64,000 bases of DNA from an uncultured Pseudomonadales bacterium (GCA_964509365.1 CAZDWN010000004.1:32907-96906), one strand, 5' to 3'. Shown: positions 40,352 through 49,854, numbered from the stretch's first letter. Numbers and translations: made by a program. The notes: generated by a model not told the origin, from the letters alone.

Positions 40352-42280
40352 TCAGTTGCCCCAATCATCATCACTGAATGGTAAAGGATTTGAATTTGAA
40401 CTGCTGCTGCCTTTTCCGCCTGAACCGCCTTTGTTCTGAGCTTCCGTGACTTTAGTAAGCTTATCAAGTTGCTTCGACACGTTATCTGGATCGAACAGCT
40501 GCCCATCACGAAGTCTATCAATAGTCTTAGAGACGGTAAGTCCTTTACTCCAACCAGAAGGAATATTTCTTCGCAGACCGCCTCGATCATTTCCGCGTGC
40601 ATCTTTGGCACCACTCCATATTCCGGAGAGCACTCCTTCTCCTGAACGTCGGCCATAATATGCACCCAGGGCTGCTCCAGAAATTGCTCCACCAGCAACG
40701 CCGATTGCTGGAGCTGCATATTCATTTCCGGCCGCCAATTTATTCACGAGATCTTTCGGTGAGACATCGATCTTGCCTTTCATTATGCCCTTGGTGAGCT
40801 TAAGCACTTCCGGCATTGCCAATATAGCGCCTAGCGCCAAGAGATCCTGATAATAGGCAAATCCGCCCCCTTGGTTACTGCCAAGCTGCGGAGCAGAGAA
40901 ACCGCCACTATTTGCGACTTGTCCACCTCTGGCTATGTAGTAAGCAATAAAAATAAGCAGAACTAACACTGGGAACACCATTAAGTTTTCAAGAAGTCCT
41001 TTTAGCCATGATCCAAAAGTATTCTGACCAGGTAGTGCTCCAAGCAGAAGTTGGATAGGAGCAAAAATTACTGAGAAGAAAATACCCAAGTATGCTTGGA
41101 GTAATGCAAAGAACACTCGGAACAGGGAAACTATAATTGCCACAATCAAGATCAACATAAAAATTAAACTAGCTCCAAAAGTCACCACACCTGCGACCGT
41201 AGTATTCCATCCAAGATTAACGAGAATATTGGCTACAATTCTCCCCATGCTTTCAGAAATATTACTTGAAAGACTGGTCAACTTAATACCATTGGTAAAG
41301 ATGTCATTTCTAAATGCTACGTCCGAAAGTGACTGAGGCACACCTCCTGAGTTAATTTGTCCTCCGGGGAAGAGGCCGGTAAAGATCCCGATGATCAAAT
41401 ACATGACAAGGTACATAATGTCGATCAGTAGTCCTGCTATGGCATAGGAGAATGTCACAAGCAAAAGAGAGACGATGATCTTCGGGAGGGCCTGCTGCAC
41501 CGTAACTGCCGCCTGGCCACCGATCTTACTACGGAACATGATAAGAAAACCAATGACTAAGAAAATGATGACGAAGAAAAAGTAAGCTAAATTACGAAAC
41601 AATTTCCAGAGCTCAAGAACTGGGCTGAGCGCTGAGAACCCGAGACCCTGAGCGTACGCTGGTTGTGCTCCAAATGGGTTTTGGATGCTTTGGGCCACGT
41701 ACTGCATATATTCTCCAGTACTGGCTGGCTTATTGTATAGCTTGGCAACATATCCGATGGTTGCGTCAGTCACACCTCCGACTTGGACATAATAGTTCTC
41801 AGGTTTGCCTTCCGCGTTGAGTGCGGTCATTTGAGTTTTTATACCCCCAAGAGATACAATAAAATGAGCCTCCGCAGAGCAAAACATTGATGAACATGCT
41901 TTCTCCTCTGCATTTACAGTCATCGGTACGCCTCCTTCAAACGCTTGGGAGCTTTGTTTGCCACTAGTGGCTTGCTGGAGCGTGGCATTGAGCATTTGAA
42001 TGATGGTCGGTGGTGCTTTGGCAAATGCGCCAGGTGTATACGCTGATTGGCAGGTAGCTTGTTGACACTGAGCTAAGTTACCGTAGAAGGCTCCGGCGCC
42101 ACCTTGGGTACAAGAAACATACACCGGATACAAAGGGTCAGGCTGTCCGTTCGGTCCGGTTGGGTTACTGTGTGGCACGCAGTTTGCAGGGACCTGAGCC
42201 AACGCTTGAGTATGGATGCCAAAAGCAAAGAAGAAAATGAAGAGGCTTGCGATGAGGAAACGTGTCAGTCTCATACTCAT
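40352..42280 (-). CDS. VirB6/TrbL-like polytopic T4SS membrane protein
   Basis: Signal peptide. Cys-containing periplasmic N-domain. At least 6 TM helices in the middle. Gly-rich cytoplasmic C-terminal tail. Positioned in the T4SS locus. Confidence 0.68.
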   Translation of the reverse strand: MSMRLTRFLIASLFIFFFAFGIHTQALAQVPANCVPHSNPTGPNGQPDPLYPVYVSCTQGGAGAFYGNLAQCQQATCQSAYTPGAFAKAPPTIIQMLNATLQQATSGKQSSQAFEGGVPMTVNAEEKACSSMFCSAEAHFIVSLGGIKTQMTALNAEGKPENYYVQVGGVTDATIGYVAKLYNKPASTGEYMQYVAQSIQNPFGAQPAYAQGLGFSALSPVLELWKLFRNLAYFFFVIIFLVIGFLIMFRSKIGGQAAVTVQQALPKIIVSLLLVTFSYAIAGLLIDIMYLVMYLIIGIFTGLFPGGQINSGGVPQSLSDVAFRNDIFTNGIKLTSLSSNISESMGRIVANILVNLGWNTTVAGVVTFGASLIFMLILIVAIIVSLFRVFFALLQAYLGIFFSVIFAPIQLLLGALPGQNTFGSWLKGLLENLMVFPVLVLLIFIAYYIARGGQVANSGGFSAPQLGSNQGGGFAYYQDLLALGAILAMPEVLKLTKGIMKGKIDVSPKDLVNKLAAGNEYAAPAIGVAGGAISGAALGAYYGRRSGEGVLSGIWSGAKDARGNDRGGLRRNIPSGWSKGLTVSKTIDRLRDGQLFDPDNVSKQLDKLTKVTEAQNKGGSGGKGSSSSNSNPLPFSDDDWGN

Positions 42281-42322
42281 ATATTCTACACTAAATAATT
42301 CTCTAAAAAACAAGTGGAATAT

Positions 42323-45300
42323 TTAATACGTCGGTGCATAGAGTTCAATCGCGCATTCGCCATAGGTGAGGTTTACACCTGAAGCATTTGTACAGTTTGC
42401 ACTCGCATTCAAGATCTCACAGCTCCCATAATATGCGCCGGCTGCATTCATCCATTTCTTTTCTTCAGCGCTCGCATTCGGGTAGTTTGGAGAACAATTT
42501 GGATGAGCTTGCGCAGCGTAGTTGAATTTGAGCATTTGCGCACCGACTTTCAGAGACGCCAGCAAGTCACAAGGTGTTGATCCGGCGACTCCCGCCTGTG
42601 GCGAGTATGTACCCCAGTTGTCGTACGGTGCGCCGCACGCTTTTACCAAAACTTGCATTGCGCCGACAGCTCCGACACTGTTGGCTGTGCAGGCTACAGT
42701 AGTTTGATTATTTCTGTATGCTCGTAACGTGCTTCCACCTTCTATTTGGAGGACTCCCCAAAGATAATTGGCGGGGATACCGACACTTTGCGCTGCTTGC
42801 GCGACCAATGCTTTTAGAGGTCCCCAATCTCCGTCAGCGTGAGCTGGTAAGATTGTCGTCCCACTACAGAGAGAAGCGACAGGTGCACCAGGTGAAGAAG
42901 GCGTCCCGACTGCTCCTTGGGTACAAGCGGCAAGACCTTGCTGCAAGAATTTCTCAAATCCCGGATATTGGATCGTGGCTTTGCCGTTGTACGGTCGTGT
43001 CACATTGCAGACGACTTCCCATAGTGCTCGAGCGATTTTCCCTCCCGGGACTTGCGGATCGACGGTGACAGTTTTCTCAAGATTGAGTTGCCCTGAGAGC
43101 TTGCCATCGACAGTCTTTGTCCCTTGAGTGACTGTCCCATCAGGAAGAACGACTGGCGGGGCATTTGGATCTGGGATCGTGTAGCTCAGATCAGCTCCAT
43201 CAAATTTGGGATTGATGATGGATGTCGAGGAGCCAGTGATCTGTAGATATTTATAAGCTGCTTTTGGATTTGCAGCTCGCTCTGACTCGTACGTGATGAA
43301 ATTAAACTCTGGATGCTTGGTAATGTCTTGATAATCATAGGGAAGGAACGTCTGAAGGAACGGAGTCTCGTAGTCTGTAATGTTGCGATACTCTTCAGGC
43401 AACAATAAAAAGGTCTTAATGGTCCGATTGTCACTTCCGGGCTTGGTGGCGACCAAAGTCGCAGTCACTGGAATCTTTGCCAACTTCACAGGATCAAGCG
43501 TCCCCGCTGGGTTGATGGTGTGCACTCGTTCGGTCGCAGTCTCGCCGACCAAATCATCATGCGTACAAGCGTCTTGTCCACTCGTCGCGAACTCCGCATT
43601 GATGCGACGAACGATGGTAACTCTGGGAAGATACTCAGGGTTACTTTCCAAGATAGAGCAGCTCTCACATTTGATGCCGAGACCACTAGTTGCATTTGGC
43701 ATCGCTTTGATGAGTTTGTCGATCACAAGCGCACGTGTCTTGGCTATTTGAGTCTGGACGCTCATCGGCATGATGGAAGTGATCGTCTGCATGAATCCAC
43801 CAGTATAGGTGGGGAAGAACGTCGGCTGCTTTTCTTTTGGTTCCAGATCAGGATTGTTGTTCACTGCGTTGATATTGACCTCCGCAAATCCAGCAGGGAC
43901 ATAGACTTTGACGACTTTGATGCGATCAGTAAGGTTACGAGGATCACCGATGCCGCCATTTGCATCTTCTCCGGGAGCCAACCATACGACTCGTTTGTCG
44001 AGGTTGGTTTGCGGCGTCTCTGGTCGATCTACATAGTGGACTAAATATGCAGGTTTGAATCCTTTTGGTGTCGTCAACTCAACTTTTGAAAACGATCGAT
44101 ACCACGCCATCTCATTTTGAGTAAGCGTATCGACATTTCTGCAGCTAAAACTTTGCGGCATCTGCTCGAGGACTTTCTTATAAGTGTCGTACCTGGCATC
44201 GGCACCTGGAATTTGAGAGTAGAGTGCGCACTCTCCAGGGATCGGGGTAGGCTTTGGCGTTGCAGGGATATTTGCTGCAGCTTTCAATGCGTCGGCGTCG
44301 AGCTTGTCGTTGTAGGTGTATCCACTTCGATTGTTTTCGGTATCACACAGTTGCTTGATCGTCTGTAGATACGTAATCGTTGCTTGACACTGCTCTTGTG
44401 TCCCGATGACTTTTCTAGACACACCGTTTGCAAGCGGAGTAATCAGTGAGGAGCTCAGCGTATTTGCAGCTCCGACCAACTCTTCTTTGGTGTAGTTGGC
44501 ACTAAAAAATCCCTCAAGGTCGTCTAACCGTCTTTTTGGTTGATCGGGATTGGGGACTTGAGCGCCTTGAAAGCGAAACAGAGGAATGACGGCTTTGGTA
44601 CTATCGATGATGACATTGGCCCACACTCCAGGAATAGTGCATCTCCCATCAGGAGGATTTCCCGAGCAGTCAATCTCATACCCGGGTGGTCGATTGTTAA
44701 GTGCACTCTCATTTGAAATATCACCTTTTATTTTGAATTGATTACCACAAGTCAGCGTGTAGCCGGCCGCCATTTGACGCATTTTGTCGACATCTGGAGC
44801 CATATCTTCGATACCAGGGTAGACAAAGACCTGTCGTTTTCCTCCTCCACATTTCTCGGGTTTTTCGACTGCGAGATCGCCTTGGTGCCAATACTCACAG
44901 ATGGCAGGGACGGTATGATACCAATCGCTGTTGCCAGGGTCTGGGCTCGTTGGATTTCGCAAAAAACCCACCTTGGCGACGGCAGGCTGATCATTATTTT
45001 GAACGTAAAAGTCTTGGACACAATCAAAGTCCTTACAAGTCGTGATCCCGAACTCGGTGATATAGAGTTGGGCAGTGGATAAATTGCGTCCAGCGAGGCT
45101 ATTTATTTTACTTAAGACCCACTGACCACTGTTGACTGTGCATCGGGTCGCTTCATACGCGCCACATCCGCCGGTTTGATAAACGTTTGCAAATACGGCG
45201 CTAATCGCTGCTTTGTTTATTCCGGATGAAAAAATTTGATTGAGTGTTGTCGCGGCGTCATAATCGTCATTGATCGTATCCATGGTCGAGATGCCAAGTG

Positions 45301-45793
45301 GGCCTTTGCCATTCCAAGCAGAAGCAAATGTGTTAAAAAGCTGGGCATACTTTGTATAGTCACAATTCTTCCATTCACCATTGACTGGGTTTTGGTTATT
45401 TATTTCGTTACCGATGGTCACCGGTGTGCCGGCGGGGATTGCTCCAGCGAGCGTCGTCATGTCTTGTGTACTTGTATTGCAGTCAATATTGATACGAGCG
45501 ATCGCCAAGTATCCGCTTGAGAGGAGACTGACACCGGATCCATTCGGATAGACCATCACCACGACGGGGTAGGTGGGGCTTTTTAATCCTGAAGAAGTTA
45601 ACTTGTCTAAGACCTTTTTTTGAGCACCCTCATCACCTTGAATGAGGTGAGTACCGACTTTATCGACTTGAGTAGTTCCTTGGGCCCTGGTCGCAGTTGA
45701 GTCAAATAAAAACAGCCCTACGGCGAGGAGCAAAATGGGGAAGAAAAAGGCAAACGCACGGCAGAGTCGTCGCATGAATATAGTATACAACAC
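42323..45793 (-). CDS. Giant (1156 aa) secreted cell-wall hydrolase. N-terminal clan GH-A glycosidase-like domain plus C-terminal lysozyme-like/lytic transglycosylase (VirB1-like) domain.
   Basis: Signal peptide. IGNEIN (acid/base NE) and LYITEFG (nucleophile TE) about 110 aa apart. C-terminal LQIEGG...GAVGAMQV resembling SLT motifs (ES...GLMQ). Confidence 0.65.
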   Translation of the reverse strand: MLYTIFMRRLCRAFAFFFPILLLAVGLFLFDSTATRAQGTTQVDKVGTHLIQGDEGAQKKVLDKLTSSGLKSPTYPVVVMVYPNGSGVSLLSSGYLAIARINIDCNTSTQDMTTLAGAIPAGTPVTIGNEINNQNPVNGEWKNCDYTKYAQLFNTFASAWNGKGPLGISTMDTINDDYDAATTLNQIFSSGINKAAISAVFANVYQTGGCGAYEATRCTVNSGQWVLSKINSLAGRNLSTAQLYITEFGITTCKDFDCVQDFYVQNNDQPAVAKVGFLRNPTSPDPGNSDWYHTVPAICEYWHQGDLAVEKPEKCGGGKRQVFVYPGIEDMAPDVDKMRQMAAGYTLTCGNQFKIKGDISNESALNNRPPGYEIDCSGNPPDGRCTIPGVWANVIIDSTKAVIPLFRFQGAQVPNPDQPKRRLDDLEGFFSANYTKEELVGAANTLSSSLITPLANGVSRKVIGTQEQCQATITYLQTIKQLCDTENNRSGYTYNDKLDADALKAAANIPATPKPTPIPGECALYSQIPGADARYDTYKKVLEQMPQSFSCRNVDTLTQNEMAWYRSFSKVELTTPKGFKPAYLVHYVDRPETPQTNLDKRVVWLAPGEDANGGIGDPRNLTDRIKVVKVYVPAGFAEVNINAVNNNPDLEPKEKQPTFFPTYTGGFMQTITSIMPMSVQTQIAKTRALVIDKLIKAMPNATSGLGIKCESCSILESNPEYLPRVTIVRRINAEFATSGQDACTHDDLVGETATERVHTINPAGTLDPVKLAKIPVTATLVATKPGSDNRTIKTFLLLPEEYRNITDYETPFLQTFLPYDYQDITKHPEFNFITYESERAANPKAAYKYLQITGSSTSIINPKFDGADLSYTIPDPNAPPVVLPDGTVTQGTKTVDGKLSGQLNLEKTVTVDPQVPGGKIARALWEVVCNVTRPYNGKATIQYPGFEKFLQQGLAACTQGAVGTPSSPGAPVASLCSGTTILPAHADGDWGPLKALVAQAAQSVGIPANYLWGVLQIEGGSTLRAYRNNQTTVACTANSVGAVGAMQVLVKACGAPYDNWGTYSPQAGVAGSTPCDLLASLKVGAQMLKFNYAAQAHPNCSPNYPNASAEEKKWMNAAGAYYGSCEILNASANCTNASGVNLTYGECAIELYAPTY

Positions 45794-45799
45794 CTCACC

Positions 45800-46213
45800 T
45801 TAGAGGGAGATCTTAAACTGAGTAAGCGCGGTGATGCCAGTGAAATCGGAGATGAATCGCAAGATGACATAGGAAGCCAAGGCGACCACAATTCCAATGA
45901 TCGCATACGTAATCGCGTTTTTCCCAGCGTCGATCCCTTTGCTATTGGATCCTGCAGTCATGTATTGAAAAGAACCCATGAGGAACATAATAAATGCCGC
46001 TATCCCGATGATCGTGATAAAGACAGCAAGCACGTTTGACACCAGACAGCCAATGCCCTGAATCGTGGCGACATCTGCTGCCGCCGTGGATGTACCGACA
46101 CACGCACCGGTCCACGCAGTTGTCTGTGCTTGAGCTCTCGGTACAATCGAAAGCACAAAAGCAATCAGTGACGAGAAGTAGGCGGTTTGGAATATTTTTC
46201 GATTTGTCATCAT
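45800..46213 (-). CDS. T4SS pilin-like protein (TrbC/VirB2-type, PF18895-like), paralog 1
   Basis: Signal peptide (MMTNRKIFQTAYFSSLIAFVLSIVPRAQA), then two hydrophobic helices flanking a short polar loop (YMTAGSNSKGIDAGKNAI). Confidence 0.7.
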   Translation of the reverse strand: MMTNRKIFQTAYFSSLIAFVLSIVPRAQAQTTAWTGACVGTSTAAADVATIQGIGCLVSNVLAVFITIIGIAAFIMFLMGSFQYMTAGSNSKGIDAGKNAITYAIIGIVVALASYVILRFISDFTGITALTQFKISL

Positions 46214-46250
46214 AGCAAGATTATAGCATTCCCGAGGTCGACTGCGTATC

Positions 46251-46278
46251 AAAAAAGCCCCCGGGGATACCGGGGGCC
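46251..46278 (-). terminator. Rho-independent terminator downstream of pilin paralog 2
   Basis: 8-bp GC stem (GCCCCCGG/CCGGGGGC) followed by a T6 run on the minus strand. Confidence 0.65.
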
Positions 46279-46300
46279 TTCTCATCACACCAATCAACAA

Positions 46301-46690
46301 TTAATATGCTGATGGGAGAGTGATGTTTGTTCCAATTGAAATTCCGAAGAAGTTCTGCAGCACAACTGAGATTGCCAATGCTGACGCAACAATCGCCAAA
46401 CCAATGATTGCATTGGTGATCTTTTGTCGAGCACTTTCAGTCTTACTCTTGTCTCCGCCAGCGGTCAGCCACTCAATACCACCCCAGATGAGGTAGATGA
46501 ACACCAACAAGCCGACGATACCGAGAGTGAACTTCAACAGCGAACTGATCAGTTTCCCGATGTCGTTGATCTTAAAGCCAGCTCCTGCGGCGTCGACGTT
46601 GATTGGAGTATCAACAGCGAATGCTGTTGAGGCTGCAAGTGCGAGAGTCGTGACACCTGTCGAAATCCCAGTGATTAATTTTTTGACCAT
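46301..46690 (-). CDS. T4SS pilin-like protein, paralog 2
   Basis: Signal peptide, then helix-WLTAGGDKSK-loop-helix (IYLIWGGIEWLTAGGDKSKTESARQKITNAIIGLAIV). Confidence 0.75.
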   Translation of the reverse strand: MVKKLITGISTGVTTLALAASTAFAVDTPINVDAAGAGFKINDIGKLISSLLKFTLGIVGLLVFIYLIWGGIEWLTAGGDKSKTESARQKITNAIIGLAIVASALAISVVLQNFFGISIGTNITLPSAY

Positions 46691-46776
46691 AGCATTCTCC
46701 TTTATAGAATATCGATATGCTACTAATGATATTCTATCATACTAGGGGAGGTAAAGGGGGGAATCAAGGGTGGATT

Positions 46777-47451
46777 TTACTGACAGCCTCGGATGTCCAC
46801 ACCAGGAAGTAGTGTCGTCCCGCCCAAACAGCCACATGGCTCAAGATGCGGATAGTTGAGGCCTCCCGCTCCAGCTGGCATACAGCGGACCGAGGCAGCT
46901 CCACTGTTTGAACAATAGCCGCCGGCACCGTTGTCACTGACAGTACTTCCAATAGCAATATTCCCGGCACACGTGTTCGCGACTGGCGTCGTCCCTGTAG
47001 TAGTGTTGCTTCCTCCTGGGGCAGGTTGCGTGGTGGTCGTCCCACCTCCTCCATTGCCTCCGCCGATGGTGACTTTGGTCGAAAGACCAAGGAAATTTAT
47101 GAGTATCGTATAGAACACGAATACGCATGCAAGGATGGCTAAGCCAATAATCGATTGCGTGATGCGACTGCGTCCTGCTTCGATCTTTGCTTTATCGCCC
47201 CCAGAGAGCAACCACTCTGCGCCGCCCCAAATAAGATAGACGAACAGAATAAAGCCACTGATGCCTGCGACCCACTTTGAGACGGAGCCAAGGAGTATTC
47301 CAAGATTTGAGACGAGATACCCAGACGTCGCCGGGGCAACGGTCACGGAATCATCATAGCCAGGAGGAAGTCCTTGCGCAGTGATCACACTTGGCAGAAA
47401 AATAGCACTGCCAATCAGAATTGCCAAAATAAGTGTGAACTTTTTTATCAT
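46777..47451 (-). CDS. T4SS pilin-like protein, paralog 3, with Gly/Thr- and Cys-rich C-terminal extension
   Basis: Pilin core VYLIWGGAEWLLSGGDKAKIEAGRSRITQSIIGLAIL plus about 100 aa G/T/C-rich tail. Confidence 0.72.
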   Translation of the reverse strand: MIKKFTLILAILIGSAIFLPSVITAQGLPPGYDDSVTVAPATSGYLVSNLGILLGSVSKWVAGISGFILFVYLIWGGAEWLLSGGDKAKIEAGRSRITQSIIGLAILACVFVFYTILINFLGLSTKVTIGGGNGGGGTTTTQPAPGGSNTTTGTTPVANTCAGNIAIGSTVSDNGAGGYCSNSGAASVRCMPAGAGGLNYPHLEPCGCLGGTTLLPGVDIRGCQ

Positions 47452-47456
47452 AGAGA

Positions 47457-47819
47457 CTAGGCTCTGTACTCATGCGTTGGAATACTTCCCATTCCGTAGT
47501 TGCCGATGTTAAATCGTGTGCGCAGACCAAGGAAATTGAGAACAAGCCCAAAGATCAAGAAGACGGATGCCAATATGACGAGTCCGATCACGCCCTGCGT
47601 CATCATACCTCGTGCTTCTTCGATCTTTCCTTTCTCTCCTCCAGCAGTAATCCAGCTAAATGCACCGTAGAGTAAGAAGTAGAGGACGGCGATCGTCCCA
47701 ACCGTGAGAATGGCGCTTGCGCCAATTTGTAACAATTGATCTAGAGTGCCAATAGGAGATATCAGCGCAGTTGATCCGCCAATGTTGAGTGGTTGAGTCT
47801 GGGCAAGCAGTATAAACAT
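47457..47819 (-). CDS. T4SS pilin-like protein, paralog 4
   Basis: Core LYGAFSWITAGGEKGKIEEARGMMTQGVIGLVIL. Confidence 0.72.
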   Translation of the reverse strand: MFILLAQTQPLNIGGSTALISPIGTLDQLLQIGASAILTVGTIAVLYFLLYGAFSWITAGGEKGKIEEARGMMTQGVIGLVILASVFLIFGLVLNFLGLRTRFNIGNYGMGSIPTHEYRA

Positions 47820-47830
47820 AAAACTACTTT

Positions 47831-48169
47831 CTATACATTATTCGCAAATTGTAGATTCAATAGATCGATTCCTAATACTTTGCCTACGAAGACGCTGATC
47901 GCAACGGTGCCCGCTAGGACGAGCATACCGATGACACTTTGAGTCATGCGATCTCTGGCTGCCTGTACTTTGCCTTTTTCACCACCCGCAGTGATCCATT
48001 CAAGTGCCCCAATGATCAACATAATAAGGAGTGCTAAGCCACCGAGAGTGATTGCCGTTCGCCAGAGCGTAATGATGATACTGGCCAGAGCCGTGCTCGG
48101 AGCGGCGGCAGCAGAACCAAAAACAGGAGCGACGGCCGGGTTGGTAATCTGTGCAATAAGTGTAAACAT
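47831..48169 (-). CDS. T4SS pilin-like protein, paralog 5
   Basis: Core IIGALEWITAGGEKGKVQAARDRMTQSVIGMLVL. Confidence 0.72.
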   Translation of the reverse strand: MFTLIAQITNPAVAPVFGSAAAAPSTALASIIITLWRTAITLGGLALLIMLIIGALEWITAGGEKGKVQAARDRMTQSVIGMLVLAGTVAISVFVGKVLGIDLLNLQFANNV

Positions 48170-48173
48170 ACAT

Positions 48174-48548
48174 TTACCTCGGTAAAATTGTTCCTATCAT
48201 TTTCACTGGGTCAAGTAAATCTATGCCAAGTACTCTGCCAACGACACCGGCAATACTATAAGCAGCGATCACTACGACAAGTCCAAGTGCGGCTTGAGTC
48301 ATCTGGTTGCGAGCCGCTTCGACTTTGCCTTTGTCCCCACCAGCTGTAATCCAGGACAGACCAGCAAAGATCAAGTAAATCAAAAACATGATACCGGCGA
48401 GACCAGTGACGAATCCAATGATATTACTGATGAAAAGGGCAATTGGCGTGCCCACACCAACTGCACCTGCGCCAGGAGAAAAAACCGCGGTAGGTGGATC
48501 TAGTTGACCAAGTTGAAGTGTGCCTGCGGCTGCAAGTAGTTGTGACAT
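48174..48548 (-). CDS. T4SS pilin-like protein, paralog 6
   Basis: Core IFAGLSWITAGGDKGKVEAARNQMTQAALGLVVV. Confidence 0.72.
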   Translation of the reverse strand: MSQLLAAAGTLQLGQLDPPTAVFSPGAGAVGVGTPIALFISNIIGFVTGLAGIMFLIYLIFAGLSWITAGGDKGKVEAARNQMTQAALGLVVVIAAYSIAGVVGRVLGIDLLDPVKMIGTILPR

Positions 48549-48551
48549 ACA

Positions 48552-48908
48552 TTATGGCAATGCCGTCGGGATTGTCGGCCTAAGAATAAACATAGAATCA
48601 CCAAACAAAAGCAAACTCACGAGCGCTGTTATTAAGAATGCACCCGCGATAATCACGAGACCAATCAAACTGTACGTCATCTGATTCATGGCCTGTTCAG
48701 TGGCTTTCGCATTCCCGCCTGAACTTAAATACGTGTAACCGGCCGAGATAATATTGAATAGTCCAAAAAGACCGGCGACTACGGTAACGAGTTTAATGAT
48801 ATTTGAGATAAAGACCAATAGTCCCGCCGGACCGGGTGTGAACTTATCTACTCCTGGCGGGGTAGTCACTGAGCCAAATATTTGAAAAACCATGAAGCTA
48901 AGCATCAT
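48552..48908 (-). CDS. T4SS pilin-like protein, paralog 7
   Basis: Core ISAGYTYLSSGGNAKATEQAMNQMTYSLIGLVII. Confidence 0.68.
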   Translation of the reverse strand: MMLSFMVFQIFGSVTTPPGVDKFTPGPAGLLVFISNIIKLVTVVAGLFGLFNIISAGYTYLSSGGNAKATEQAMNQMTYSLIGLVIIAGAFLITALVSLLLFGDSMFILRPTIPTALP

Positions 48909-48920
48909 ATGTATTTTGTA

Positions 48921-49274
48921 TTATAGCGTCGCATTCAATATTGGTACACCGGTGAATGCCTGAACGATCTGAATAATCCAATACGCAGCAAAAATAATGA
49001 TAAAACCGATGATCGCTCCCATGATCTGATTCTTGCCAGATTCCACGCTCTTGGCATTGCCTCCGGAGGCAACGATCGAAAAGCCGCCACCGATTATCAG
49101 GAAAAGCAGTACCAACCCGGAAATGACAAAGATGATGGGGATCAAGAGATTGAGAAACGATGCGACAGAAGGATATGAGCTGGCAATTGTGCCACCTTTT
49201 TCATTGATTTTGAGCATGGTCCCCAGGCTCTGTGCCGGTGCTCCATTTCCACTGCCTAAAGCAAGTAAACTCAT
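48921..49274 (-). CDS. T4SS pilin-like protein, paralog 8
   Basis: Core IIGGGFSIVASGGNAKSVESGKNQIMGAIIGFIII. Start at MSLLALGS (49274), avoiding overlap with the divergent sigma gene. Confidence 0.65.
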   Translation of the reverse strand: MSLLALGSGNGAPAQSLGTMLKINEKGGTIASSYPSVASFLNLLIPIIFVISGLVLLFLIIGGGFSIVASGGNAKSVESGKNQIMGAIIGFIIIFAAYWIIQIVQAFTGVPILNATL

Positions 49275-49290
49275 ACCAGTAGTATACAAT

Positions 49291-49854
49291 ATGTTCATGC
49301 AGTTTAGAAATGAGCAAGACCTCATCGTAAAGCTCAAGGCGGGCGAAAGTTCGAGCGTCAACATCTGGTATGCGACCTCAAAAGACGAGTTACTTGCATT
49401 TTTCCTCAAGAGAATGAGTAGTGAAGCTGATGCGCAGGAGCTCGTCCATGATACGTATCTGTCTTGTCTTTCTTCGCTTCCACTTTTTCGTGGTGATTCC
49501 GGATTATGGACATTTATGGTGTCGATTGCTCGTCACGAGCTCGCTGACTACTGGCGCAAACGATACGCCAAGAAAGCTATTGCGCTTTTACCGTTTGGGC
49601 AAGAACTTCTTGATTCCGTCGAGGGTGATGCTGATGAGCACTCCTGGGTACTCGATCACGGGCGGGAAATATCCCATATCCTGCATCAATTACCTGAGGA
49701 AATCTCAGAATTGCTGCAACTCAAATATGTCGACGGCTTGTCTGTAAAAGAGCTTGCGACTCACTACGGGTTGAGTTTTGCGGCGATGCAAAGTAAATTG
49801 CATCGAGCCAAAGCGGTATTTAAAGAACAGTATGAACGAACCACAATTTCTTGA
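49291..49854 (+). CDS. ECF-type RNA polymerase sigma factor (sigma-70 regions 2 and 4)
   Basis: Region 2 ELVHDTYLSCL...ARHELADYWRKRY. Region 4 LLQLKYVDGLSVKELATHYGLSFAAMQSKLHRAK. Start at Met 49291, not the tool's 49033. Confidence 0.8.
   Translation: MFMQFRNEQDLIVKLKAGESSSVNIWYATSKDELLAFFLKRMSSEADAQELVHDTYLSCLSSLPLFRGDSGLWTFMVSIARHELADYWRKRYAKKAIALLPFGQELLDSVEGDADEHSWVLDHGREISHILHQLPEEISELLQLKYVDGLSVKELATHYGLSFAAMQSKLHRAKAVFKEQYERTTIS

Noticed and set aside
23038-49274. Integrated conjugative or mobile element
   Set aside because: No integrase, transposase, relaxase or VirD4 found. The flanks are housekeeping genes and tRNAs, but there are no direct repeats of a tRNA 3' end. Treated as a chromosomal T4SS-like locus. 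Only the 36.6-40.3 kb gene looks compositionally foreign.
49033-49290. N-terminal extension of the sigma factor ORF (TTG start)
   Set aside because: The extension is antisense to pilin paralog 8. Sigma-70 region 2 begins just after the Met at 49291.
45800-49409. Possible CRISPR-like or other repeat array, given regular 340-400 bp spacing
   Set aside because: The periodicity comes from tandem protein-coding paralogs (pilins) with divergent DNA. There are no short direct repeats with unique spacers. No CRISPR array or cas genes anywhere in the window.
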